This document shows, piece by piece, positions 51,800 to 64,000 of a stretch of DNA of 64,000 bases. Location: positions 5,208,001 through 5,272,000 of the forward strand of contig OZ024764.1 of the NCBI GenBank assembly GCA_964016885.1, in the 5' to 3' direction. The DNA is from Eledone cirrhosa. Its lineage: Eukaryota. The translations under genes were made by a program, and so were the position numbers. Positions within the stretch are counted from its first letter, which is position 1; every line of letters starts with the position of its first letter. The notes under the pieces were generated by a model that had not been told where the DNA came from, did no database searches, and saw only the letters and a list, made by a program, of their open reading frames with translations.

Positions 51800-52800
51800 A
51801 TCAAAATCAAAAGGTCTTAAAGTCAATTTGGTAAAGACTAAAGTTCTAGTAAGTAGAAAGGAAAACTGGGCCCAGATCTCTTCAGGTAAACTGTCCTGCT
51901 CAGTGTGCAGAAAAGGAGTAGGTAGAAATTCCATCCTATGTCCCATATAGAAATGATGGGTACACAAAAGATGTTGTGGGATCTCAGGAAGGCTAACAAA
52001 GAATGTAGCTTCTACATGTGGCCAATGAACAGGAGCAGGAAATATCAAGAGCTCTCGGGTTACAATCTCCTTCAAATACCCAGAAGTCTCTGTAGAGGTG
52101 GTAGATAGTTTCTGTTACCTAGGTGACTAAATCAGCAGTGGAGTAGGGTGGTCCCAAAACTCAGTAACAAGAGTGAGATTAGATTGGAGAAAGTGCAGGG
52201 ATCTACTACTACTGCTAACTACAAAAGGTTTTTCCCTCAAAATGAAGAGCAGACTGTATGATGCAGGTATACAAACAACAATGTTGCACAGCAGCGAGAC
52301 CTGGGCACTGTGTGTAGAAGATCTGTAAAGATTGGAAAGAAATGAAGCCTCCATGCTTCAATGGATGTGCCATAGTAATATAGGCAAATGGCAAAACATA
52401 AATGTACTGTGAGAGAAATTAGGCATAAGAGGGATTAGATGCAGTGTGCAGGAGAGGGATTGTTTTGGTATAGAAATGTGATGTGTATGAAGGGTGACAG
52501 CTGTATAAAAAGGTGCCAAACGCACAAAGTTGACAGAGGCCGTGGAGTGGGCAGGTCTAGGAAGACTTGGGATGAGGTAAGGAAAGCTGACTTTGCACAA
52601 TTACACCTAGCTAAGGCAATGACACAGGATGGAGACCTCTGGCGCTATGCACAATTATAGTGGACTACATCCACAATCCACCAGACATTTTCCCTACCAA
52701 CACCCCACACAAGTTCCCAAACCTCACCATAAAGTGGTCCCGCTGCAGCCATGACAAACGTGTCCAGTCCACACTGTACAGTGGTCTTGTAGGTGTCCTG
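51800..52800 (+). pseudogene. Decayed RTE LINE fragment (unit 3)
   Basis: Copy of 5270-6270. Confidence 0.87.
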
Positions 52801-53078
52801 CCAAAAATTAATATTGGGCCTTAAAACCTTGAGTGCCTTTTGTTCTGTGTATGAACATAAATAATTGTTTCTACTTTTGGCACAAGGCCAGCAATTATCC
52901 AGTGCATTACTGGTACTTTATTTTATCGACCCCGTAAGGATGAAAGGCAAAGTTAACCTCGGCGGGATTTGAACTCAGATCGGAAAGGGAAGTAACTAAA
53001 TAAATAATGTAATATATATATATATGTATTTGTGTGTGTATCTATTTATATATTTAACTATATTTTTTGTAATCACAG

Positions 53079-53120
53079 GACTGATACAGAGGAGAGTATC
53101 GCTCCAGAAAAGAATGACGA
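53079..53120 (+). CDS. Candidate micro-exon E2 (42 nt)
   Basis: Identical to 6549-6590 with AG/GTAAGT boundaries. Confidence 0.68.
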
Positions 53121-53193
53121 GTAAGTTTTAGTTTTACATACTATCTAACCATTATTCTATCTGTTCCTTCCCATCTCTCTCTCTCTCTCTCTT

Positions 53194-53225
<32 letters not shown>

Positions 53226-53457
53226 GTAAGGTGTATTACTGGCTGTGTAAAACGGTCCAATAAATTTTTGTTAGCAATATTAAGTCCTCCACGCTTTTGT
53301 ATATCTCCAATTCCATTCAAGGGAACAGCTAGATGATGTAAAACGGAGTATTTGTATCAAAATGAAAATCCGAAGGCAAGGTAAAATTTCCAATCATTTT
53401 AATCACGTTGTGATTAAAATGATTGGAAATCTTACCTTCCTTTGGATTTTCATTTTG

Positions 53458-53491
<34 letters not shown>

Positions 53492-54409
53492 GACTCTGTC
53501 TCTTATAAACCACGTTGGCTATTATGACACTCTCTCCAACATAGAGAGCTATGTTGGCTAATATGACTCTCTCTCTCCCTCTCTATGTTGGCTATTATGA
53601 CTCTCTCTCTCTCCCTCTCTATGTTGGCTATTATGACTATCTCTCTCTATGTTGGCTATAATGACTCTCTCTCTCTATTTATGTTGGCTATTATGACTCT
53701 CTCTCTCTCTCTCTCTCCCTCCCTCCCTCTCTATGTTGGCTATTATGACTCTCTCTCTCCCTCTCTATGTTGGCTATTATGACTCTCTCTCTCTCTATGT
53801 TGGCTATAATGACTCTCTCTCTCTCTATGTTGGCTATTATGACTCTCTCTCTCTCTATGTTGGCTATTATGACTCTCCCACTCTATGTTGGCTATTATGA
53901 CTCTCTCTCTCTCTATGTTGGCTATAATGACTCTCTCTCTCTCTATGTTGGCTATAATGACTCTCCCACTCTATGTTGGCTATTATGACTCTCTCTCTCT
54001 CTATGTTGGCTATAATGACTCTCTCTCTCTCTATGTTGGCTATTATGTCTCTCTCTGTTCAAGCTTTATGAAGTTAGTTGAACATCTTCAAAGTCCTCCC
54101 ATATTCGCCTTGTCTAATATGCGTTCTTGTACCTGATTATTTCCCCCAAATCTCCTGGGAAGTTATAAGCCATGATGGCTACCTATCTCACAATTTCTCT
54201 CCTGCCCACCCCCTCACACCACCATAGTCTATTCGACCAATCAAACCTCAGAAACATGTCCCCACCCATTACCAACCCCAACAAACTCTGCCATTACTAC
54301 TACTTCTACTTTTCTTCTAGCCCTTACCAGCCCCAACAAACCCTGACATTATTACTACTATTGTCCTTCTAGCTATGGGCTGAGGATAAATGGGGCTACC
54401 CCAAATTAA

Positions 54410-55799
54410 TAAATGAATATGAATCCGCGAGTTACCAAGCACCCATGCAAAGCTTTAATTCAGAGACAGGAAGCATACACACCCCACTGCAAAAATTCAC
54501 CCTTTCCCACGAGTGGTGGCAAATGCCCAAAACTCCGAGTTGGAACCATCAATGTAAGCACAATGAAAGGAAGAGCAGGAGAAATTGTAGAGATGCTAGA
54601 GCGAAAGAAAATTGATGTATGCTGTGTGCAAGAGACTAGATGGAGAGCAGAGTCCGCTGGAGTCCTTGCAGGCAGAAGTCAGTGCTACCAACTTGTCTGG
54701 GTAGCAAATGACAACAGGATGGGAGGTGTAGCTATCCTATTAGCTGACAAATGGGTAGATAAGGTAATCTCAGTGAACAGGGTGAATGCAAGAATAATGA
54801 AACTTGGACAAGTCCTGAATAAAACAATTGCCACAATAATATCAGCTTACGCACCCCAATTGGGGTTGCCAGCTGACTATAGCGGGGAATTTAGTTTAGA
54901 GGTCGGTGTCCACCAGGGCTCTGTTCTTAGCCCACTCCTGTTCGTTGAAGTATTGCAAGCAATAACGGAGGTGATTATGACCGGTGCCCATGGGAACTCC
55001 TATATGCGGATCATCTCACACTTATAGCCGAATCTATGGTGGAACTATACTTGCTCAGTATGTAGAAAAGGAGTAGGCTGGCTGCAAAAGGCTTTCCCCT
55101 CAAAATGAAAAGCAGACTGTATGATGTGGGTATACGAATAGCAATGTTACATAGTAGTGAAACCTTGGCGCCGTCTGTGGAAGAATTGCATAGATTAGAA
55201 AGAAATGAAGCCTGCATGCTCCGATGGATGTGTAATAGTAATATACGCAAACGGCAAAGCATAAATGAATTGAGAGAGTGACTGAGCATAAGAGGAATGA
55301 AATGCTGTGTGCAGGAGAGGAGGTTGCATTGGACATGTGATGCGTATGAAGGATGACAGCTGTATAAAAAGGTGTAGAGCAGTAGAAGTCGATGGAAGCC
55401 GTAGAGTGGGGAGACCCAAGAAGAGCTGGGATGAGGTGATAAAAGCCGACCTTACCCAGTTGCACCTCTCAAAGGCGATGACACAGGACCGTCACCTCTG
55501 GCATCAAGCAGTAATACAGAAGACCTGACTCCCCAGGGCTACAAGCGGAAGCTGAAGCGTATGCTCCCACCCTCTCCGACTGTAAAGTGGACGTATAGGC
55601 GCCACAGACAAAAAGCACCCAGGACTCACTGTAAATGAGGTTGGTGTTAGGAAGGGCATCCAGCTGTAGGAATCAAGCCAGAATCAGTTCCTGTATGAGC
55701 AAGACAAGGTCAGCTGAACAGACACTGCCCACAACAGGACAACCCGTCTAACCCATGCTAGCGTGGAAGAATGGACGTAAAACAGTGATGAAGATGATA
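54410..55799 (+). pseudogene. Internally deleted RTE LINE (unit 3)
   Basis: ORF 54413-55027 with APE and RT motifs. Confidence 0.9.
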
Positions 55800-58025
55800 T
55801 ATCATATATGCCAGTGTACAAGTTGACATTTGGAGCCTAAAAATATCTCTCCAAAACCAGGGGTCGACTTGTCTGCTGAATATAGTATGTTACCTTTACC
55901 ACTGAGGGGTATACAGTGAAACTGCCTGCCTAACACTTGTTGTACACCACTTACCATAACTCTAGCAACCCACCACATTTATTTCTACTGAATCTCATAT
56001 TTGTTAAGTTTAACGTAGAGATTATAGTAATATCAATGTCTTGCTGTAGCTTATAGGGTAGGTTACTGTTGGGTAGGTTACTGTAGCGTAGGTTACCATA
56101 GGGTAGGATAGTGTCTGGTAGGTTACCATAGGGTAGGTTACTGTAGGGTAGGTTACGATAGGGCAGGATACTGTAGGGTAAGTTACTGGAGGGTAGGTTA
56201 CCATAGGGTAGGTTACCGTAGGGTAGGTTACCATTGGGTAGGTTATTATAGGGTAGGTTACCACAGGGTAGGTGACCATAGAATAGGTTACTGTAGGGTA
56301 TTTTACCATAGGGTATGTTACCATAGGGTAGGTTACCTTATGGTAGGTTACCTTAAGGTAGGTTACCATAGGGTAAGTTACCATAGGGTAGGTTACCTTA
56401 GGGTAGGTGACCATAGTGTAGGCTACCATAGGTTAGGTTCTGTATGGTAGGTTAGGTTACTATAGGGTAGGTTACCATAGGGTAGGTTACGATAGGGTTA
56501 GTTACCATAGGGTAGGTTACCATAGCGTAGGTTACTATTGGGTAGGTTACCATAGGGTAGGTTACTGTAGGTTAGGTTACGTAGGGTAGGTTACCATAGG
56601 GTAGGTTGCCATAGAGTAGGTTATTATAGGGTAGGTTACCATAAGGTAGATTACCTCAGGGTATGTTACCATATGGTAGGTTACCATAGGGTAGGTTACT
56701 GTAGGGTAGGTTACCATAGTGTAGGATACCTTAAATTAGGTTACCACAGGAAAAGTTACCATATGGTAGGTTACTGTAGGTTAGGTTACCATAGGGTAGG
56801 TTATCATAGGTTAGGTTACCAAAGGGTAGGTTACTATAGGTTGTTACCATTGGGTAGGTTACTGTAGGGTAACAGGTTACTATAGGTTGTTACCATTGGG
56901 TAGGTTACTGTAGGGTAACATAGGTTACCATAGTGTAGGTTAATATAACATAGGTCACCATAGTGTAGGTTACCTTAGATTAGGTTACCACAGGATAGGT
57001 TACCATATGGTAGGTTACTGTAGGTTAGGTCACCATAGGGTAGGTTACTATAGGGTAGGCTACTATAGGTTGTTACTATAGGGTAGGCTACTATAGGTTG
57101 TTACCATAGGGTAGGTTACTATAGGTTGTTACCATAGAGTAGGTTACAATATGGTTGGTTACCATAGTGTAGGTTACTATAACATTGGTTACCATAGTGT
57201 AGGTTACCTTAATTTAGGTTACCATAGGTTAGGTTACCGTATCGTAGGTTACTGTAGGTTAGGTTACAATAGGGTAGGTTACTATAGGGTAGGCTACCAA
57301 TGATAGGTTATGATGGGTTAGGTTCCATAGGGTAGGTTACCACAGTATATGTTACCATATGCTAGGTTAGGTTACCATAGGGTAGGTCACCATAGTGTAG
57401 GTTACTTTAGATTAGGTTACCATAGGGTAGGTTACCACAGGATAAGTTACCATATGGTAGGTTACTATAACATAGGTTACCAAAGTGTAGGTTTCTATAG
57501 GTTGTTACCATAGGGTAGGTTACTGTAGGGTAGGTTACTGTAAGGTAGGTTACCATAGGGTAGGATACTGTAGGGTAGGTTACCAGAGGGTAGGTTATTA
57601 TAGTATAGGTTACCGTAGGGTAGGTTTCCATGAAGTAGGTGACCATAGGGTAGGTTACTATAAGTTAGGTTACCATAGGGTAGGTTTCCATGAAGTAGGT
57701 TACCACAGGGTAGGTTAACATAAATTAGGTTACCTTAGGGTAGGTTACCATAAGTTAGGTTACCATACGGTAGGTTACCATAGGTTTGTTAAGGTTAGGC
57801 TAGGCTGGTCTACTCGGTGAGTTAAAACTCACTTGTGACTGTAGTGTTTTAGAAGAAGTGTCTTAATCTTTCGTGCACCACTAAATTTTTTAACTATTTC
57901 CCCTGAAACTGCCTTATTTTGGGGAGGTTATCTTATCAATCGAATAGCGTCCTAAATCTAAATTACACCTCAGAATTTTAGGGGCCACGCTATGTACCGG
58001 ATAGACTTGTACACCGGCATATATA
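55800..58025 (+). mobile_element. Minisatellite-bearing pogo-like element (unit 3)
   Basis: Copy of 9242-11646. Confidence 0.7.
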
Positions 58026-58364
58026 TATATGCAAAGAGAGCGAGAGAAACAGCGGGAGTGAGAGAGATACATTAAAACAATAACAGAGGTCTGACTGGAG
58101 AATTTACTTTAGAATTTTAAGAGAAAAGAGGAAGGTTTCAGACTTCTGGAATTCCTTCACGAAAATGTCCTATTTATCTGTAACACAAACTTCAAAAAAT
58201 GAGACAACCACTTAATAACATATAGATCATGTGAGCCCACCAGCTAGATAGATTTCCTTGTTACCATAAGACAGAGTGACTGTTATAAACACAAAGTCCC
58301 TCCCTAGTGAAGAATGCACCTCCCAAAATACCTTAGGAGACAAACTGGAAGAAAAGATTATAGA

Positions 58365-59450
58365 TCAAAATCAAAAGGTCTTAAAGTCAATTTGGTAAAG
58401 ACTAAAGTTCTAGTAAGTAGAAAGGAAAACAGGGCCCAGATCTCTTCAGGTAAACTGTCCTGCTCAGTGTGCAGAAAAGGAGTAGGTAAAAATTCCATCC
58501 TATGTCCCATATAGAAATGATGGGTACACAAAAGATGTCGTGGGATCTCAGGGAGGCTAACAAAGAACGTAGCTTCTACATGTGGCCAGTGAACAGGAGA
58601 TGGAAATATTAAGAGCTCTCGGGTTACAATCTCCTTCAAATACCCGAAAGTCTCTGTAGAGGTGGTAGATAGTTTCTGTTACCTAGGTGACTAAATCAGC
58701 AGTGGAGGAGGGTGGTCCCAAAACTCAGTAACAAGAGTGAGATTAGATTGGAGAAAGTGCAGGGATCTACTACTACTGCTAACAACAAAAAGTTTTTCCC
58801 TCAAAATGGAGGGCAGACTGTATGATGCAGGTATACAAACAACAATGTTGCACAGCAGCGAGACCTGGGCACTGTGTGTAGAAGATCTGTAAAGATTGGA
58901 AAGAAATGAAGCCTCCATGCTTCAATGGATGTGCCATAGTAATATATGCAAATGGCAAAACATAAATGTACTGCGAGAGAAATTAGGCATAAGAGGGGTT
59001 AGATGCAGTGTGCAGGAGAGGGATTGTTTTGGTATAGACATGTGATGTGTATGAAGGGTGACAGCTGTATAAAAAGGTGCCGAACAAACAAAGTTGACAG
59101 AAACCGTGGAGTGGGCAGGTCTAGGAAGACTTGGGATGAGGTAAGGAAAGCTGACTTTGCACAATTACACCTCGCTAAGGCAATGACACAGGAGGGTGAC
59201 CTCTGGCGCTATGAACAATTATAGAGGACCTGCCCTCATAAATCCACGAGCTGAGGCATATATCTAGTATGTAACACCTTCCCCACCATCATCCCTCCCA
59301 AACACCTTCACCCCTATAACTACATCCACAATCCACCAGACATTTTCCCTACCAACACCCCACACAAGTTCCCAAACCTCACCATAAAGTGGTCCTGCTG
59401 CAGCCATGACAAATGTGCCCAGTCCACACTGTACAGTGGTCTTGTAGGTG
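58365..59450 (+). pseudogene. Decayed RTE LINE fragment (unit 3)
   Basis: Copy of 11985-13070. Confidence 0.87.
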
Positions 59451-59518
59451 TCCTGCCAAAAATCAATATTGGGCCTTAAAACCTTGAGTCCCTTTTGTTC
59501 TGTGTATGAACATAAATA

Positions 59519-59912
59519 ATTGTTTCTACTTTTGGCACAAGGCCAGCAATTATCCAGTGCATTACTGGTACTTTATTTTATCGACCCCGTAAGGATGAAA
59601 GGCAAAGTTAACCTTGGCGGGATTTGAACTCAGATCATAAAGGGACGTAACTCTATGCTTCAAAGCATGGTGTCCGACTCTCTACCGATACTGCCAATCC
59701 ACCGCCTGAACATAAATAAATAATTGTTTCTATTTTAGGCACAAGGCCAGCAATTATCCAGTACATGACTGGTACTTTATTTTATCGACCCCGTAAGGAT
59801 GAAAGGCAAAGTTAACCTCGGCGGGATTTGAACTCAGATCATAAAGGGACGTAACTCTATGCTTCAAAGCATGGTGTCCGACTCTCTACCGATACTGCCA
59901 ATCCACCACCCT
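59519..59912 (-). mobile_element. Two tandem tRNA-derived SINEs (unit 3)
   Basis: Two units here versus three in units 1 and 2. Confidence 0.8.
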
Positions 59913-59999
59913 GAACATAAATAAATAATGTAATATATATATATATGTATGTGTGTGTGTATCTATTTATATATTTAACTATATTTTTTGTAATCACAG

Positions 60000-60041
60000 G
60001 ACTGTTCCACTGCAGAGTTCCGTTAGAGGAAACAGTGACGA
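60000..60041 (+). CDS. Candidate micro-exon E3 variant (42 nt), TVPLQSSVRGNSD(E)
   Basis: AG/GTAAGT boundaries; GCT>GTT (A>V) relative to the other E3 copies. Confidence 0.66.
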
Positions 60042-60105
60042 GTAAGTTTTAGTTTTACACACTATCTAACCATTATTCTATCTGTTCCTTCCCGTCTCTC
60101 TCTCT

Positions 60106-60153
<48 letters not shown>

Positions 60154-60359
60154 AGATGTATTATTGGTTGTGTAAAACGGTCCAATAAATTTTTGTTAGC
60201 AATATTAAGTTCTCCACGCTTTTGTATATCTCCAATTCCATTCAAGGGAACAGCTAGATGATGTAAAAAAATCCGAAGGCAAGGTAAAATTTCCAATCAT
60301 TTTAATCATGTCGTGATTAAAATGATTGGAAATCTTACCTTCCCTTCGGATTTTCATTT

Positions 60360-60403
<44 letters not shown>

Positions 60404-61018
60404 CTCTGTCTCTTATAAACCACGTTGGCTATTATGACACTCTCTCCAACATAGAGAGCTATGTTGGCGATTATGACTCTCTCTCTCCCTCTCTATGTTG
60501 GCTATTATGACTCTCTCTCTCTCTATGTTGGCTATAATGACTCTCTCTCTCTATTTATGTTGGCTATTATGTCTCTCTCTGTACAAAGTTAATGAAGTTA
60601 GATGAACATCTTCAAAGTCCTCCCATATTCGCCTTGTCTAATATGCGTTCTTGTACCTGATTATTTCCCCCAAATCTCCTGGGATGTTATAAACCATGAT
60701 GGCTACCTATCTCACAATTTCTCTCCTGCCCACCCCCTCACACCACCATAGTCTATTCGACCAATCAAACCTCAGCAACATGTCCCCCACCCATTAAAAA
60801 CCCCAACAAACTCTGCCATTACTACTACTTCTACTTTTCTTCTAGCCCTTACCAGCCCTTTATTTTATCGACCCCGTAAGGATGAAAGGCAAAGTTAACC
60901 TCGGCGGGATTTGAACTCAGATCGGAAAGGGACGTAACTAAATAAATAATGTAATATATATATATGTATTTGTGTGTGTATCTATTTATATATTTAACTA
61001 TATTTTTTGTAATCACAG

Positions 61019-61060
61019 GACTGATACAGAGGAGAGTACCGCTCTAGAAAAGAATGACGA
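61019..61060 (+). CDS. Extra candidate micro-exon, E2 variant (42 nt), TDTEESTALEKND(E)
   Basis: AG/GTAAGT boundaries; ATC>ACC and CCA>CTA relative to E2. The second change creates TAG in the phase-1 frame, so only the phase-2 frame stays open. Confidence 0.66.
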
Positions 61061-61124
61061 GTAAGTTTTAGTTTTACATACTATCTAACCATTATTCTAT
61101 CTGTTCCTTCCCGTCTCTCTCTCT

Positions 61125-61172
<48 letters not shown>

Positions 61173-62009
61173 AGGTGTATTATTGGTTGTGTAAAACGGT
61201 CCAATAAATTTTTGTTAGCTTTTGTATATCTCCAATTCCATTCAAGGGAACAGCTAGATGATGTAAAACGGAGTATTTGTATCAAAATGAAAATCCAAAG
61301 GCAAGGTAAAATTTCCAATCATTTTAATCTCGCCGTGATTAAAATGATTGCAAATCTTACCTTGCCTTTGGATTTTCATTTTGATATATATATATATATG
61401 TATATATATGACTCTGTCTCTTATAAACCACGTTGGCTATTATGACACTCTCTCCAACATAGAGAGCTATGTTGGCTAATATGACTCTCTCTCTCCCTCT
61501 CTATGTTGGCTATTATGACTCTCTCTCTGTCCCACTCTATGTTGGCTATTATGACGCTCTCTCTCTCTCTATGTTGGCTATTATGACTCTCTCTCTCTCT
61601 ATGTTGGCTATTATGTCTCTCTCTCTCTATCTATGTTGGCTATTATGTCTCTCTCTGTTCAAGGTTTATGAAGTTAGTTGAACATCTTCAAAGTCCTCCC
61701 ATATTCGCCTTGTCTAATATGCGTTCTTGTACCTGATTATTTCCCCCAAATCTCCTGGGATGTTATAAACCATGATGGCTACCTATCTCACAATTTCTCT
61801 CCTGCCCACCCCCTCATACCACCATAGTCTATTCGACCAATCAAACCTCAGAAACATGTCCCCACCCATTACCAACCCCAACAAACTCTGCCATTACTAC
61901 TACTTCTACTTTTCTTCTAGCCCTTACCAGCCCCAACAAACCCTGACATTATTACTACTATTGTCCTTCTAGCCATGGGCTGAGGATAAATGGGGCTACC
62001 CCAAATTAA

Positions 62010-63225
62010 TAAATGAATATGAAATGCGAGTTACCAAGCACCCATGCAAAGCTTTAATTCAGAGACAGGAAGCATACACACCCCACTGCAAAAATTCACC
62101 CTTTCCCACGAGTGGTGGCAAATGCCCAAAACTCCGAGTTGGAACCATCAATGTAAGCACAATGAAAGGAAGAGCAGGAGAAATTGTAGAGATGCTAGAG
62201 CGAAAGAAAATTGATGTATGCTGTGTGCAAGAGACTAGATGGAGAGCAGAGTCCGCTGGAGTCCTTGCAGGCAGAAGTCAGTGCTACCAATTTGTCTGGG
62301 TAGCAAATGACAACAGGATGGGAGGTGTAGCTATCCTATTAGCTGACAAATGGGTAGATAAGGTAATCTCAGTGAACAGGGTGAATGCAAGAATAATGAA
62401 ACTTGGACTAGTCCTGAATAAAACAATTGCCACAATAATATCAGCTTACGCACCCCAATTGGGGTTGCCAGCTGACTATAGCGGGGAATTTAGTTTAGAG
62501 GTCGGTGTCCACCAGGGCTCTGTTCTTAGCCCACTCCTGTTCGTTAAAGTATTGCAAGCAATAATGGAGGTGATTATGACCGGATGCCCATGGGAACTCC
62601 TATATGCGGATCATCTCACACTTATAGCCGAATCTATGGTGGAACTATACTTGCTCAGTATGTAGGAAAGGAGTAGGCTGGCTGCAAAAGGTTTTCCCCT
62701 CAAAATGAAAAGCAGACTGTATGATGTGGGTATACGAATAGCAATGTTACATAGTAGTGAAACCTGGGCGCCGTCTGTGGAAGACTTGCATAGATTAGAA
62801 AGAAACGAAGCCTGCATGCTCCGATGGATGTGTAATAGTAATATACGCAAACGGCAAAGCATAAATGAATTGAGAGAGTGACTGAGCATAAGAGGAATGA
62901 AATGCTGTGTGCAGGAGAGGATGTTGCATTGGACATGTGATGCGTATGAAGGATGACAGCTGTATAAAAAGGTGTAGAGCAGTAGAAGTCGATGGAAGCC
63001 GTGGAGTGGGGAGACCCAAGAAGAGCTGGGATGAGGTGATAAAAGCCGGACTCACTGTAAATGAGGTTGGTGTTAGGAAGGGCATCCAGCTGTAGGAATC
63101 AAGCCAGAATCAGTTCCTGTATGAGCAAGACAAGGTCAGCTGAACAGACACTGCCCACAACAGGACAACCCGTCTAACCCATGCTTGCGTGGAAGAATGG
63201 ACGTAAAACAGTGATGAAGATGATA
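62010..63225 (+). pseudogene. Internally deleted RTE LINE (unit 3)
   Basis: ORF 62024-62665 with APE, QGSVLSP and LLYADHL. Confidence 0.9.
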
Positions 63226-64000
63226 TATCATATATGCCAGTGTACTATTTGACATTTGGAGCCTAAAAATATCTCTCCAAAACCAGGGGTCGACTTGTCT
63301 GCTGAATATAGTATGTTACCTTTACCACTGAGGGGTAAACAGTGAAACTGCCTGCCTAACACTTGTTGTACACCACTTACCATAACTCTAGCAACCCACC
63401 ACATTTATTTCTACTGAATCTCATATTTGTTAAGTTTAACGTAGAGATTATAGTAATATCAATGTCTTGCTGTAGCTTATAGGGTAGGATACTGTAGCGT
63501 AGGTTACCATAGGGCAAGTTACTGTAGGGTAGGTTACTATAGGGTAGGTTACCATAGGGTAGGTTACTGTCTGGTAGGTTACTGTAGGGTAGGTTACTGT
63601 CTGGTAGGTTACCATAGGGTAGGTTACTGTATGGTAGGTTACTGTAGGGTAGGTTACTGTATGGTAGGTTACCATAGGGTAGGTTACTGTAGGTTAGGTT
63701 ACTATAGGGTAGGTTACTATAGGGTAGGTTGCGATAGGGTATGTGACCATAGCGTAGGTTACTATAGGGTAGGTTACCATAGGGTAGGTTACTACAGTGT
63801 AGGTTATTATAGGGTAGGTTACCATAAGGTAGGTTATTATAGGGTAGGTTACCATAGGGTAGATTACTATAGTGTAGGTTACCATAGGGTAGGTTACCAT
63901 AGGGTAAGTTACCTCAGGGTAGGTTACTATAGGGTAGGTTACCATGGGGTAGGTTACCATAGGCTATATTATCATATGGTAGGTTACGGTAGGGTAGGTT
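63226..64000 (+). mobile_element. Left part of a minisatellite-bearing pogo-like element (runs off the window)
   Basis: Left TIR TATCATATATGCCAGTGTAC; 15-bp array from ~63478. Confidence 0.65.

Larger units (their letters stand above)
46564..64000 (+). repeat. Tandem segmental repeat, unit 3 (partial; carries an extra ~1-kb exon-bearing duplication)
   Basis: Colinear with units 1 and 2 except for an extra block at ~60860-61930 and repeat copy-number changes. Confidence 0.95.

Overview
Eukaryotic, AT-rich, repeat-dominated DNA. The SINE and RTE-LINE sequence styles suggest a cephalopod (Octopus-like) genome, which is inference. The whole window is a tandem array of a ~23.2-kb unit (about 2.75 copies: ~32-23393, 23394-46563, 46564-64000). 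The unit is built from older duplications, a ~2.7-kb pair and a ~6.7-7-kb triplet. It is filled with decayed RTE-type LINE fragments, tRNA-derived SINEs, a pogo/Tigger-like non-autonomous DNA transposon carrying a 15-bp minisatellite, a 30-bp minisatellite, long fold-back palindromes and microsatellites. None of the track ORFs looks like an intact host gene. The key hidden feature is a + strand series of 12 candidate micro-exons (33, 42, 42 and 57 nt; four types per unit). All sit in homologous intron flanks (TTTAAC branch-like motif, T-tract and ACAG acceptor; GTAAGT donor except in the 57-nt type). All are multiples of 3 and open in one common phase. They are far more divergent from each other than their flanks are, and in that phase the changes are amino-acid-changing. 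This looks like a rapidly diversifying, tandemly amplified micro-exon gene segment. No transcript evidence is available here.
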